From: Octopus sinensis
Lineage: Eukaryota
DNA: 64,000 nt
Direction of reading: 5' to 3'
Assembly (NCBI RefSeq): GCF_006345805.1
Contig: NC_043005.1
Coordinates: 36,022,001-36,086,000, forward strand
The position numbers and the translations under genes are program-made. Under the pieces are notes generated by a model. It made no database searches, had not been told where the DNA came from, and saw only the letters and a program-made list of their open reading frames with translations. Numbering within the stretch: position 1 is the stretch's first letter; the number at the start of each line of letters is the position of its first letter. Below, piece by piece: positions 50,440 through 63,165 of the stretch.

Positions 50440-50680
50440 CACTCTTTTGCTGAACTACTAAGTTATGCAGATATAAGCACGCCAGCACCAATTGTGAGGA
50501 CAAGCAAAGATACAAAGACACGCACATATATGCATATATCCACTCTACGAAATCCACTCACATGGCTTTGGTTGGCCCGAGGCTATAGTAGAAGACACTT
50601 TCCCAAGGTGCCATGCAGTGGGACTGAACCCAGAACCATGCAGTTAGGAAGCAAACAACTTACCACACAGCAACACCTGT
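50440..50680 (-). mobile_element. Family B SINE
   Basis: gaaatccactcacatggc...gggactgaacccagaaccatg...cttaccacacag. Confidence 0.75.
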
Positions 50681-51542
50681 GCCTATCTAACTATGCTTTT
50701 ATGCATGTAGGTAATTCACCGGATTTCTTCTTGTATTTTTACTTCACTCATTTCACATTTTTCAGTCTTAGATTACATTTTCATGGCTCCATATATTTCC
50801 CTCTATTAATCTTATCACCCACTCAACATCTAATATTTCAGATTTATCAACATTACTTTAACCACCCACAAAAACAAACAAACATTTCCTCCCAACACTT
50901 GAATTCATCTGCTGTATTTAATTCGGATATACTGATTCCATCTTTCTGGAGCCTTATTCGTTACCTGTCTTAATTATATTCCTATCTCTATACGATCCAT
51001 CCTCATTATAAATCTGCAACACCTACACAATTAGTCACTTTTAAATTGCAGTGATGGTTACTAACGACTAGATTACATATTAATTACAAAAAATTCTCAC
51101 CTGTTAAAATAGTTTACTACTTAAAAAAAAGTGCTTTATCTTTAATCTTTTACTACCTGCTTCAGCCACTGGAGTGCAATGACTCTGGTATTCTGGGGCA
51201 CCCTCCTTGAAAGGGGTTTAGTCAGACAAATCCACCTCAGTACTTACAATTTAAGACAGGTGCTCATTCTGTCAGTTACTTTTTGCTGATAAATCCGATG
51301 AATTACGTACGTACGTACATAAAAACATAGATAAATAGGTGCAGGTGTTGCTGTATGGTAAGTAGTTTGCTTACCAACCACATGGTTCTGGGTTCAATAC
51401 CACTGCAAATTTACAGGGATGTAAACAAACCAGCACTGGTTATCAATGTGGGGATGGGAGCAAATGCACACACACACATCTCTGTCTCTGTATCTATCTA
51501 TCTATCTTTCAAACATGTGCACACACACACATACACACACGC

Positions 51543-51579
<37 letters not shown>

Positions 51580-52357
51580 ACACACACACACAATAGGCTT
51601 CCACACAGTTTCCATCCTTTACATTAATTCATAACACATTGGTTGGCCTGTGGCTATAGCAGAAGATACTTATCCAAGGAGCCGCACAATGGGGACTGAA
51701 CCTAAATCCATATGACAGCCAAGCGAGCTTCTTATATACTTAGCCATATTGTTAGAGTTTGTGTGGCTTAAAACGATGCACGGGAGATGGAAGGGAGGTC
51801 AGTCGTGACTGATACTTTATTTTATCGAACCCGGAAGGGGGAAAGGCAAAGCTGATTTCATCAAGAATTGAACTCAGAACCTACAATATCGGAAGAAATT
51901 GTGTGAAGTATTATTTTATACGACGCTGTAACGAGTCTGTCAATTACTCAGCATAGACTGAGTATAAGTGACAGAAGAGTCAGTTCCGATGATATAAAAG
52001 GAATCTTACAGTAATATGAAAGAAGAGCGATAAAATTTGGATAGGTAAGAATGGTAAAATGAGGAACTGAAGTAACGAAATATATTATATAACAGGAAAC
52101 TCAATAAAATGTTTTATGACGAGTGGAGTTGGCAGCCTTCATGATGTAAGGGGGATAACTCTTCATAACAAAAAATGTTAAACCAGCATTGCTGTTCTCA
52201 TTCTATATCACCGCAGAAGCAATCCAATACCACCACCGTCGCCGCTACTACTACCGCTGCTGCTGCAGCTACTACTACTAGTTAAAACAGCATTGATAGT
52301 AGTAGTAGTAGGAGCATTGTCAATGCTGTTTTATTTTTTACTATCACTCTAATCAGC

Positions 52358-52570
52358 AGTTAACTCCATGGACAGATGCACAAGCAGATTCTTCACATGC
52401 GTAGAGCCCAGGAACAATAACATCTCCAGTTTCTGGTCTGTATGTAATAACCTGTCCCCTATAGTTGGTTGGGATGCCTCCCATGCTGTGTAATGCAAGG
52501 CACAGTGGGTAAGACAGGAATAGGTTCACGAGTGACATCAGCACCGGCAAATGTATATGGCAGTTTTAAA
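52358..52570 (-). pseudogene. SDHA: Frameshifted fragment of succinate dehydrogenase flavoprotein subunit
   Basis: [17 protein letters not shown] / HY / [43 protein letters not shown], matching the conserved SDHA segment with small insertions and a premature stop. Confidence 0.9.
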
Positions 52571-52995
52571 GATTCAGCATTAGTTTTACGAATATTATCA
52601 TCACAAACAGGATATGGTTTCATGTTAGTGGACAGACAAGAGAAAAACTAAACAAAACCACTCCAGGACAGAAATACCATTTAAATTATATAAACATTTT
52701 CATTTTCATCTCTTTTCACAGGAAATTGTTGAGACAGTTTGCACTGGCCTACATCACCAGAAAGGAAATAGTCGTCCATTGTTATGACAAGTGGTTGATC
52801 AAATGTCGTAATTGGTTGCACAGGCAGAGTTGAAAGATTTTTATATAAGTTCGTTTCGAATATCACGAATTTTCGGTTCGATCCTGCTGAGTGTCACCAC
52901 TGTGGGATTAATGCAAACTATGCGAGAGAAATTGGGTAACAGAAACTGTGGGTACTCCCAGATGGATTGGATCTGTAATTAAAAAAAAAAAGTTT

Positions 52996-53836
52996 GCTTT
53001 GTCCCCGACGGGTTCCCGAATATTATATTGTTTGTCAGCTTCCCACACTAAAATGTAATGAATTGCGAGTTCTGTTAATCGAACAACTAGAACAGTCATC
53101 ATCGACACCGACGGAAGTGTAACGACTAGTGTGTGTACCTTCTCTGGACCTTTTGGGGGTGCGAGAAGCAATCACTTTCCGTTGCTTTAATATCCAGATT
53201 CTCTACCAGTCAGAAACAACAAGACGCAGACGTAAAATATATATATCTACTTTATTCTCTTATGACAGTAACAAATAAGTGGTATATCTGGGTATCCCTT
53301 TGGTATAGATGTGTCAGAGCTGAACTATATCGCTGTAGAATCTACAGTGTTCAAATGCTAACGACACTGGTCAAAGATGGCGTCCGGAAAGAAGAAGATG
53401 ATGTTGTCCGCAACAATTTGGTTAAAAGCCTTCGGCCGACTGCTATCAAAAATGGACAGCGAGAAAATATACGTCCGTTGCCCTCGGTCGCTTTGTCTCA
53501 AGTCAATGACTGCTGCTTGGACGCTAATGGTCAGCGTCCTACGATCCCCCTGCCTCGGCTAACTGCCACGTAGGCAAATGGTCCTACTTCCGGTGGTTCG
53601 CGCATGCGCGAGAGGGCCCTTCCTCTCTCTGCCTTGGTGAAGGCACAAACTCCGCACGCGCGAAACAGGAATGGACGGTGCGCGCGCGCGCGCCGCTGTA
53701 TAGCGTCACTACAGCTTTGCCCCCGACGGGTTCCCGAATATTATATTGTTTGTCAGCTTCCCACACTAAAATGTAATGAATTCGCGAGTTCTGTTAATCG
53801 AACAACTAGAACAGTCATCATCGACACCGACGGAAG
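52996..53836. repeat. Pair of ~122 bp direct repeats (52996-53117 and 53714-53836)
   Basis: GCTTTG(T)CCCCGACGGGTTCCCGAATATT...GACACCGACGGAAG occurs twice. Confidence 0.9.
53370..53700. promoter_or_regulatory. CpG-rich housekeeping-promoter-like motif cluster
   Basis: AAGATGGCG (YY1-like, 53374-53382), ACTTCCGG (ETS, 53586-53593), GCGCATGCGC (NRF1, 53600-53609), (GC)n at 53680-53692. Confidence 0.45.
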
Positions 53837-54066
53837 ATAATCATAATCTTGTAGTGTGGTTCTACGGCAACTGATTTTCGTGTGCGTGTTGTGACGAGGA
53901 GAAGGGATGGGCCAGGGCTGTCCTAAAGTTTGTGGATCCCGCGACTAAGTTTAATTCCGCACCATTGCTCGTAAAATTTATATAACAAGGCCATAGGCTC
54001 TGGCATGGCAATATGGCGTATAGTCAGATCCCCAAAACCTATTAGTCCATGACTGCTTTAAAAAAT

Positions 54067-54241
54067 GCCGCTACGTTCTGAGTTCAAATTCCGCCGAGGT
54101 CGACTTTGCCTTTCATCCTTTCGGGGTCAATTAAATAAGTACCAGTTACGGACTGGGGTCGATATAATCAACTTAATCCGTTTATCTGTCTTTGTTTGTC
54201 CGCTCTGTGTTTAGCCCCCTGTGGATAGTAAAGAAATAGGT
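54067..54241 (+). mobile_element. Headless SINE monomer, family A long-tail subtype
   Basis: Starts GCCGCTACGTTCTGAG and ends GTAAAGAAATAGGT, like the units of the 61955-62720 array. Confidence 0.85.
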
Positions 54242-54463
54242 TATTGTTTAGGTGGTAGTCAGTGGTCACCAATTTGTAACGGTTGGTATTCGTTACAGTA
54301 GAGGGTCACCAATTGTAACGGCATGTTGTAAGACGTGAAAGATGAAAGAAGAACAGTTACTGAAATCGTGAAGAGATATTTATTTACCGTTACTTTGTAT
54401 ATATCTAAAACCACGACGAGTTACTATGTATAACTGGTAAATGGAAAAGCATGCGAGGTAAAA

Positions 54464-57400
54464 AGAGTTAATTTCGGCCGGTATGCGTGTACACGATCTC
54501 ATAGTAGTAAATAGAGTGAGATATGGTAATGTTACAGAGAAAAGAAAGTGAATTGGTGAAAGTGAGAGTAGTGGGACGAAACAGCTGCTTCGTTGGTGAG
54601 TTACCATAGTTGTCCCTTTGCACCTTTTCCTTCAGAGACAGCGTTTTATTCAGCCGGTCAGCCAGACTCGGTTCTCACCAATCACCAACTGACTTTGGCC
54701 TAGAAGACGTTAGAAGGGTCAAGTTGCAAAGACATTATTCTGCTTAGCGAAGGCATCTGGCAAATGTAACTGGTGTCACTCACAGAAAAAGTTATTATTT
54801 TACCGTGAGAAAAGTACTGTTGAACTATTAAGTGAAATTTGGAGATCGAGGATCGAATCCACGCTATGCCTGCATGAAGCCACTTGTAGTGAACCCTGGC
54901 GGTCAAGCAGGAAAGTAAAACGAAAAAGGGATTTAACGAGGGTAATCTCCCTCGACCTTCTAGAAAATTCTCGAACATTCTAGAAGCATCCGGTTGATGT
55001 GGAAGTGAGGAACTTCTGGTTCATCCCTTATATAAAAGAACACATTTCTAAATTCTCGTCATTCATTAAAGAAAGACATTCATTGCCTGCTGATTCTTTG
55101 ACATGCATTGAGTCGGTCCACTCGCATACACACACTCGCACGCGCGTTTGTTCGCCTCATTGCTTGGAGACATGTGGTTGCAAAAGAAATGCTCATGCGA
55201 TGTTACAAGCTTTCCTTCAATTAACCTTACATGTTAACGCATTACCTCCAGTAATAAATATGTTATGACTTATTACAAACGTCTCGCAAATTCTTATTTT
55301 CTTGTCATTACGTACAAAATGGTGATCCCTCTTTCTCTCATGCTTATTTAATTATAGGACGTCACTTAGTCGACATCACTATACACTACATCACCCACCC
55401 CCACTCCGGAGAGGTTCCAAGAAAAGGAAACGAACGATCGAGGAAGAGAAAGAAATGTATGGCTGAGGAAACATTTTGTATATCAGGAGAGAGGATCGTT
55501 GAAGTGTATACGGGACAATTTTCTATTCAGTGAAGTCCGAATAGCGTGTCGTTTTGCGTGCCAAGATATGCAGTCAGTGACTGGGTAGTATGGAAAATGT
55601 GTTAGCGCGTGCGTGCGCATGAGGGCGTATACACGAGTGCAGGTGCACGTATCAAAATTCGCTGTAAAATAAGATCAGGTGAGCGAGTGAGTGTATTCTC
55701 AATCTATGATATCGAAGATCTTCCTGCAGGATTGCAGTGTGTGAAATGACATGAAGGTTTTTCAGAAGTGAAATGTAATCTGGCGCTGTTGTCGTGGGTA
55801 ATTGCTGAGGTTTGCTTAGCAAGTACGACAGCGTAGCATGCTGGAGTGATGCGCAAGACAGATAATTTTCTCCATTCATTACGTGACCAAGCAGAGGTCT
55901 AACAGATGGCAATTATGTCTAAATATGAGCGCCGAGCATGTGAACATCCGACGTGCATCGAGTCGGGAAAAGAGTTGAGCTGGCACAGACGTGTTGAAAA
56001 AGAAAGGTAGTCGAGGCATAATAGAGTTTTGTGTGTGTGTGTGTGTGTGCAAATGGGTGATCAAGGCTGAGGCAGTAGCGCTTGAGCATTGATTATAGAT
56101 ACAATGTACAGTGTTGAATATTCCAGTAATTAAGGCAATGCTGTATATGCCAGCCGGTGCATAAGGTATTAAACGCTTTGAATGTGCAGGAGCAAAAGTG
56201 TGGCATGCTGGGGAGTTGTAAGGGACAAACAACTTTCTCTATGTATACGTGACCAACCTAGGGTCTTACAGAGACGAGTTGTGTGTACAAGTGTGCAGGG
56301 AACATGAAAAACAAGCGAGAAAGGCATGGTGTGGTGTGGCGCATAAACGTGACAGTGTTAGCATGCAGTTACAAGTATGAACGTTGAGCGGTGCAGCAAA
56401 AGAAATGAACGGTACAGAAATGAGCAAACAAAAGGTGGAAAACTTAGCTGAAAATAGTGTCCTTTGTTAAAAGTTTACTGCTGAAAGTGAAAAAAAATGT
56501 GCACGTAAAGAAAGAGTTGCTGAAAGTCTATATGAGAGTCTTAAATACTTGTAAAAGTTCGTAGACAATGCAGGGTCTGTACGTCGGGACGAGACAGAAA
56601 GTGTGTGTGTGCCGAAAAGGTTACATATGCGGGCTTTCGTATTTTCTTCCAGTTGGTTTCTGGGAATGCAGCTATCGAAATGATGCATTTATTGGCTTCC
56701 ATGGTGAACGAATTTTTTGTGCGTCGGATGTGTTGCATTGTTGTGAAGTGCATCGTAGATTGCATCGCAGTATAGTGCTTTCAGTTACGCGTACTATAAC
56801 ACAAGTTGAACGAGGGTGCATCTTGATGGTGACAAAAGCTCGAGGATCAGCAAAATGCAGCGGCATGTAGCATCAGAAACTAGCAGCTGTTTTTAGACGG
56901 GGTCACCAGTGTAATCGATGGATTTGACGACTGTTCATGCGAAGGTGAAGAAAGTTAATTTCGTCCAGTATATGTGTGTACACGATATCATAGTAGTATA
57001 TATAAAGAGATATGGTAATGTTACAGAGAAAAGAAAGTGAGTTAGTGGAAGTGAGAATAGTGGGACGAAACAATTGCTTCGTTCGTGCGTTACCATAGTT
57101 GTCCCTTTGTACCTTTTCCTTCAGAGACGGCGTTTTGTTCAGCTGGCCAGCCAGACTCGGTTCTCCCTAACTTTTTCTTTACGGAGTTCTTGTTTTTATA
57201 ACTATCCAAAACTAGTCAGAAGGAGTGACATAGTGTTGAGAACAATAGATTTCGTTGGCGGTCTGTTATCTCTATTCTAGCTTTTGGTGGCCCAGAAGAC
57301 GTTAGAAGGGTCAAGTTGCAAAGACATTATTCTGCTTAGCGAAGGCATCTGGCAAATGTAACTGCTGTCACTCACAGAAAAAAAAAACAAACTATTATTT

Positions 57401-57484
57401 TACTGTGAGAAAAGGACTGCTGAACTGTTAAGTAAAATTTGGCGATCGAGGATCAAATCCACACTATGCCTGCATGAAGCCACT
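54464..57484. repeat. Direct repeat pair (~420 bp at 54464-54884; ~530 bp with extra internal segment at 56951-57484), possibly LTR-derived
   Basis: Shared long blocks, e.g. AGAAGACGTTAGAAGGGTCAAGTTGCAAAGACATTATTCTGCTTAGCGAAGGCATCTGGCAAATGTAACTG. Confidence 0.8.
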
Positions 57485-57501
57485 ACATATATATTTATGT
57501 G

Positions 57502-57735
57502 TAAAGGCGGCGAGCCGGCAGAAACGTTAGCACGCCGGGCGAAATGCGTAGCCGTATTTCGTCTGTCGTTACGTTCTGAGTTCAAATTACGCCGAGGCCG
57601 ACTTTGCCTTTCATCCTTTCGGGGTCGGTAAATAAAGTACCAGTTTCGCACTGGGGTCGATGTAATCGGCTTAATCCGTTTGTCTGTCTTTGTTTGTCCC
57701 CTCTATGTTTAGCCCCTTGTGGGTAGTAAAGAAAT
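57502..57735 (+). mobile_element. Full-length family A SINE, long-tail subtype
   Basis: TAAAGGCGGCGAGCCGGCAGAAACGTTAGC head, GTTCTGAGTTCAAATT B-box, tail ending GTAAAGAAAT. Confidence 0.9.
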
Positions 57736-58249
57736 ATATATTTATGTGTGTGTCTGTGTGTTTATGTCTGTGTTTATCCTCCTCACCAACGCTTAGAAAT
57801 CGATGTTGGTGTGATACTGAATTAGTAAGGCAGGGTGCAAAATACCTACCGATACATCCTTTGACTTTCTGAGTTTAAATACCTGGTGCCAACTCGGTTA
57901 AATCTATTTGTGGTTTATATCGTAAGAGTAATGAACTTTTAAGTTTTAAAAATGCATATTTAATAGATTTCTAACTCATACATAAATACATATTTATACT
58001 TTCAACTGGAAAATATAAAAGTTTAAATTTTTCCTTATCAGAGTCATATTTCAGCAGATTAAACATCAAGAAAATATTCAGCTGCACCTCTAACATCGGC
58101 GGCAACCATGTTAAACATTATCATATATATATCCGGTAACCATGTACCTTGTGGCTACTCTGCAACGAACCTTGCAGCTTAAAGCCCATACGGTTCCAGG
58201 CCTCTTTAACTATCTCTTCTCATTTCACTAAGCCAAGTGCGGAAACATA

Positions 58250-58930
58250 TCTGCGAGCATGAAGTAAAGAAGGCCATCAACTCTGGACATAATCTTCATT
58301 AGTAACCCACGTTCCTCAAAAGAAATTTATTGGAGAGTTAGTTCCTAGCCTGGCCAAAGTTTTCACTCTTTCATTTTAAGGCTATATCTCGATCTTTGAA
58401 ACACTACAGTGTGTTCCATTCCAAATTAGGAAATCCTCTCTGACCCTGTCGATTACTATCGTATCACATTGACTTCCGACATCTTCAAGGTAATTGAAAC
58501 AAACATTAACTTTCTCCATCACTTTCAATCTCTGAACCTCATTAATAGCCACCGTAAAGTCAGATCTACAGAACATCGATTGATCATCTACTGGTCATTT
58601 ATTCTCCAATGTCGTTCACTTGTGGGTTTTCTTCCTTGGGGAATTTGGTAAAAACAGTGCCATTGCACCTGGCATCACGCAAATCTGGTAAAACTGTCTG
58701 TCTGTGGACTTAATTGATTTTTTTTGTCATCATCTTTCTGCTCTTGGCATTTCCAAAGAGTGTATCTGGTCCTACATAGGTCTTTACCACTGAAAACAAA
58801 TCATCTGTCTGAGTAGTCTAAGAAAAGCTGTTAGACACTTATACAAGATACTCAAGATCAATCCTGGTCTACAACACCATCTCAAGGTTCATCAGCAATA
58901 ACTGCCTCAAACAAATGAAATTAATCCTGT
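58250..58930 (+). mobile_element. Decayed CR1/Jockey-like LINE RT fragment
   Basis: PKLGNP.DPVDYYRITLTSDIFKVIE motif region. Confidence 0.6.
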
Positions 58931-59085
58931 AGACACAAGATAACATATGTCGCTTGTGTTTAATACGATGTAAGTCAATAGCTGACCAAAAAAGTCACAT
59001 CCAAACACATGCAAGGATGAAAGTAAATCAGAACAATCAGGTTAAATGTGAGACAGCGGTCATTCAACAAAAAGAGGCAATCATC

Positions 59086-59116
<31 letters not shown>

Positions 59117-59118
59117 TG

Positions 59119-59149
<31 letters not shown>

Positions 59150-60234
59150 CAAAAACTTGTTTGCATGTATGAACCAAAAACTTGTATGTATGTAACAAAA
59201 ACTAGATGAGGCCGACACTATAGGAAATGAAATACAATGTGTACTACAAAATGAAAACGGAACAGCACTTGAAGCTTTCACTTGTATTTCGATATTTCAG
59301 AGTTATAAGGCATTTTTCAGAACACATGACGGAAAGAGAGATGGAATATGTCGTTGGTCAGATATGTGGGAGAGGATAGTGACATAGCCAGCCTGCTGCA
59401 TGTAGTTCTCTTCCATTGTTTAGAGCTGGCCTTAGTTTGTAATAAGGATGACCTCCTTGATTCGGAGATTGCCTGTATTACATTCAGTGGCCCATCGCCG
59501 TCTTTCGATGATGAATATACAGTAATTCAATCAAACGAATAATCTGTTCGTTGAATTAGCGTGTAAGTGACTGTGTATTCCACAGACATGAGTATCCTTA
59601 ACGCTATCCGATAATAAAATTAGCGTGATACAGTGTGTGACCAGACCGTATCTTTGAATTGCAGTCACAATATCTTGCTGCGAGCTTCCTCATAGTTTCT
59701 ATCTGCTCAGTTTTCCTCACAAGATTGAGATCAACTTATGGCAATTGTAAAAGATGTCATGCCTGAGATCGAACCAAGGTGCTCGTGATTGCAAAGCAAT
59801 CTTAGCCATTTAGCCAAGCAGCATCTTTACACACAGCTAAAACATCCATAAATTCACCCTCGTTACAGCACCTGACGTGCTGTACAAAGTCATTAATAAT
59901 ATTTAAGACAATAAATCATTAATTACTCAGAGACACGCCCGCATGAGAAACAGTTAAGTCAGTGTTAAAACATTTTAATGTAAGGAGCGTCAAAAATCTA
60001 GCGGCGTGGAAAAAAACAGCAGTAACTGAATGACAAATAACAGTTTAACAGTTTTAATATCTACGGGAGACAACTCCAGCTTGTTTCGTTCTTATTTGAC
60101 TTCTTCATTGAGGTACTTGTCAAAACGGTAATAATGGAATCGATGACGAGTAATATTTTATATATGAGTTGGCGTGAAAAAATTGCGTATTAAAAATTAT
60201 AGAAGTCATAAGCGAATTACCTAGAATCAAGAGT

Positions 60235-60275
<41 letters not shown>

Positions 60276-60399
60276 CATGCTCGCGCGCACAAACACACAC
60301 ATCCACACACATGCACACACGCATCTATGTATGTATCTATTTGTCTGTTTGTACACCTGTCTGCCTCTCTGTCTGTCAGCCTGCCCGCCCACATGTCTG

Positions 60400-60458
60400 C
60401 CTATCTGTCTGTGTCACTCCCTTTCTCTCTTTCTTTTTCTCTCTCTATATATGTTTAA

Positions 60459-60554
<96 letters not shown>

Positions 60555-60624
60555 ATATCTATCTATCTATCTATCAATCTATCTATCTTTCTATCTCTCT
60601 ATCTCTCTATCTCTCTATATATGC

Positions 60625-60692
<68 letters not shown>

Positions 60693-60700
60693 TCATCTTT
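60400..60700 (+). repeat. (CTAT)n microsatellite tract
   Basis: Direct reading; one of many (TA)n, (CA)n, (TACA)n and (CTAT)n tracts. Confidence 0.95.
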
Positions 60701-61258
60701 TTCACTCTCTCTTTGTAGACACACACACACACACATCTGTCTATCTGTTTACCAAAAATTCTGTACACGCGCCAATACCTATATCATACATATCATCTTC
60801 TGTGGTATGTATTTTTTTCAGTTGATATGTACGCTTGGTGTTTGTTTATTCCAAGTTTATAAGAATATATGTCCTTTTTCTCTCTCACTTTTTTTTTCGT
60901 ATAAAGTTAATATATTTGGGAGGAATAATATCATTTTCATAACCAAACCTGACTTATCTCTATTAGTCGTTCAAGTTTTCGTTAGCAGGCACTCAAATCT
61001 AATACATAACAAACATGTACTGACATATTTTGCTGGGAGCTGTTCGCAATGTTAGGTAATAAGAATACTGACGTAGCAGGAAAACATTAACTCGACCCAT
61101 TAAAATCGTGAGTGTTCAGAATGAAATTCAGAATATAAGAATTAAAAAAAAAAATCATTATTTGTACCGTGTTCAACGAGGCCTGGAATGACTATTCCTA
61201 TATTTATTTCTAACACGTCTAGGCAAGTTCTGACGCAAAATATGCTAGTTACTGTAGT

Positions 61259-61646
61259 GGATGGAAGGACTCCGTCGGTTACGACGACGAGGCTTCCGGT
61301 TGATCCGAATCAACGGAACAGCCTGCTCGTGAAATTAACGTGTAAGTGGCTGAGCACTCCACAGACACGTGTACCCTTAACATAGTTCTCGGGGATATTC
61401 AGCGTGACACAGAGAGTGACAAGGCCGGCCCTTTGAAATACAGGTACAACAGAAACAGGAAGTAAGAGTGAGAGAAAGTTGTGGTGAAAGAGTACAGCAG
61501 GGATCACCACCATCCCCTGCCGGAGCCTCGTGGAGCTTTAGGTGTTTTCGCTCAATAAATACTCACAACGCCCGGTCTGGGAATCGAAACCGCGATCCTA
61601 TGACCGCGAGTCCGCTGCCCTAACCACTGGGCCATTGCGCCTCCAC
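61259..61646 (-). mobile_element. Full-length tRNA-derived SINE (family D, tRNA-Arg-like head) with 12 bp target-site duplication
   Basis: Head GGCGCAATGGCCCAGTGGTTAGGGCAGCGGACTCGCGG...GGTTTCGATTCCC; TSD AGTTACTGTAGT at 61247-61258 and 61647-61658. Confidence 0.9.
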
Positions 61647-61733
61647 AGTTACTGTAGTATACGTCATAGGAAAATAGCTTCGTCCTTTTCCGACGATAGT
61701 GTGTTCAACATACTCAGCTCATTGGCCCGCAGT

Positions 61734-61781
61734 CTTCTGGAACACTGCTGTTTCGATATGTTATGTCTCGCCAGCCAGAAG
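61734..61781 (-). ncRNA. Degenerate hammerhead motif inside a 26 bp inverted repeat
   Basis: CUUCUGG-CUGGCGA-GAC(AUAACAU)AUC-GAAA-CA(GCAG)UGUU-CCAGAAG; core A6>G. Confidence 0.65.
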
Positions 61782-61954
61782 TATCCAGAACTCTGAGCTT
61801 AGATAAAGCCAATGAACTGAGTGTGTTGAGCATACTGTAGTTGAGAAAAAGAGAAGTTATTCTCCTGTAACGTTCACCACAGCGAACATCGTATCTTTTC
61901 GTTTGAACGTGCTTAGATGTGTTAAGAATAGACATGTATATAATAATCCTCTCT

Positions 61955-62720
61955 ACTACAGACACAAGGCCGGAAATGTTGGGGGGGGGAGAGTGGGCTA
62001 TTGATTGCATCCACCCCAGTGTTTCACTGGTATTTAATTTATCGACCCCGAAAGGATGAATATCAAAGTCGAGCTCGGTGGAATTTGAACTCAGAACGTA
62101 GCGGCAGATGAAATACCTATTTCTTTACTACCCACAAGGGGCTAAACACAGAGAGGACAAACAAGGACAGACAAACGGATTAAGTCGATTATATCGACCC
62201 CCAGTGCGTAACTGGTACTTATTTAATCGACCCCGAAAGGATGAAAGGTAAAATCGATCTCGGCGGAATTTGAACTCAGAACGTAGCGGCAGATGAAATA
62301 CCTATTTCTTTACTACCCACAAGGGGCTAAACACAGAGGAGACAAACAAGGACAGACAAACAGATTAAGTCGGTTATATCGACCCCAGTGCGTAACTGGT
62401 ACTTATTTAATCGACACCGAAAGGATGCAAGGCAAAATCGACCTTGGCGGAATATGAACTCAGAATGTAGCGGCAGATGAAATACCTATTTCTTTACTAC
62501 CCACAAGGGGCTAAACACAGAGGGGACAAACAAGGACAGACAAACAGATTAAGTCGATTATATCGACCCCAGTGCGTAACTGGTACTTATTTAATCGACC
62601 CCGAATGGATGAAAAGCAAAGTCGACCTTGGTGGAATTTGAACTCAGAACGTAGCGGCAGACGAAATACCGCTAAGCATTTCGTCCAGTGCGCTAACGAT
62701 TCTGCCAGCTCGCCGCCTTA
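61955..62720 (-). repeat. Tandem array of family A SINE units (one head, ~185 bp units)
   Basis: Unit starts AAATACCTAT at 62111, 62296 and 62480; head complement at 62660-62720. Confidence 0.9.
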
Positions 62721-62939
62721 AATGTGCGTCTAATAATAACAAGAACTTGGTTGGAAGTAATAATAATATTGATCGGGTAGTTTAAGGACCTGAATTCGGC
62801 CTACAAACGAGGCTCTCAAAATGATAGCTATCAATCCCTGCCCTCGGAAGTGGGATGGAACAACTAAATAATTAGATGCACGCACGCACATGTATATGTA
62901 TGTATATGTATGTACACACACACACACATGTTTATTTGT

Positions 62940-63165
62940 GTGTACCATTTTGTCTCTTTCACCCATCGTCATCGCTTGACAACCGGCGTTGGTTTGTTTA
63001 CGCCGTCGTAACTTAGCAGGTCGGTAAGAGGTACCATTAAAATAATTGCCAGACTCTTTTAGAAAAAGTTACTACTGGGGTCGATTTGTTCGACTAAATA
63101 TTTCAGGGCGGTGACCCAACATGGCCGCAGCTCAATGAGTGAAGCAAGTTAATGATAAAAGATTT
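62940..63165 (+). mobile_element. Family B SINE 3' half
   Basis: cgcttgacaaccggcgttggtttgtttacg...aacatggccgcagctcaatgagtgaagcaag. Confidence 0.75.

Noticed and set aside
50245-50973. 242 aa ORF
   Set aside because: Composite of SINE fragments and microsatellite.
53377-53562. MASGKKK ORF as a host gene start
   Set aside because: Only 61 codons, no clear splice donor and no recognisable homology; kept only as part of the motif cluster.
61570-61646. tRNA-Arg gene (similar heads at 5071, 6090 and 57502)
   Set aside because: SINE heads: continuous with SINE bodies and lacking a complete acceptor stem; the 61259-61646 copy also has a TSD.
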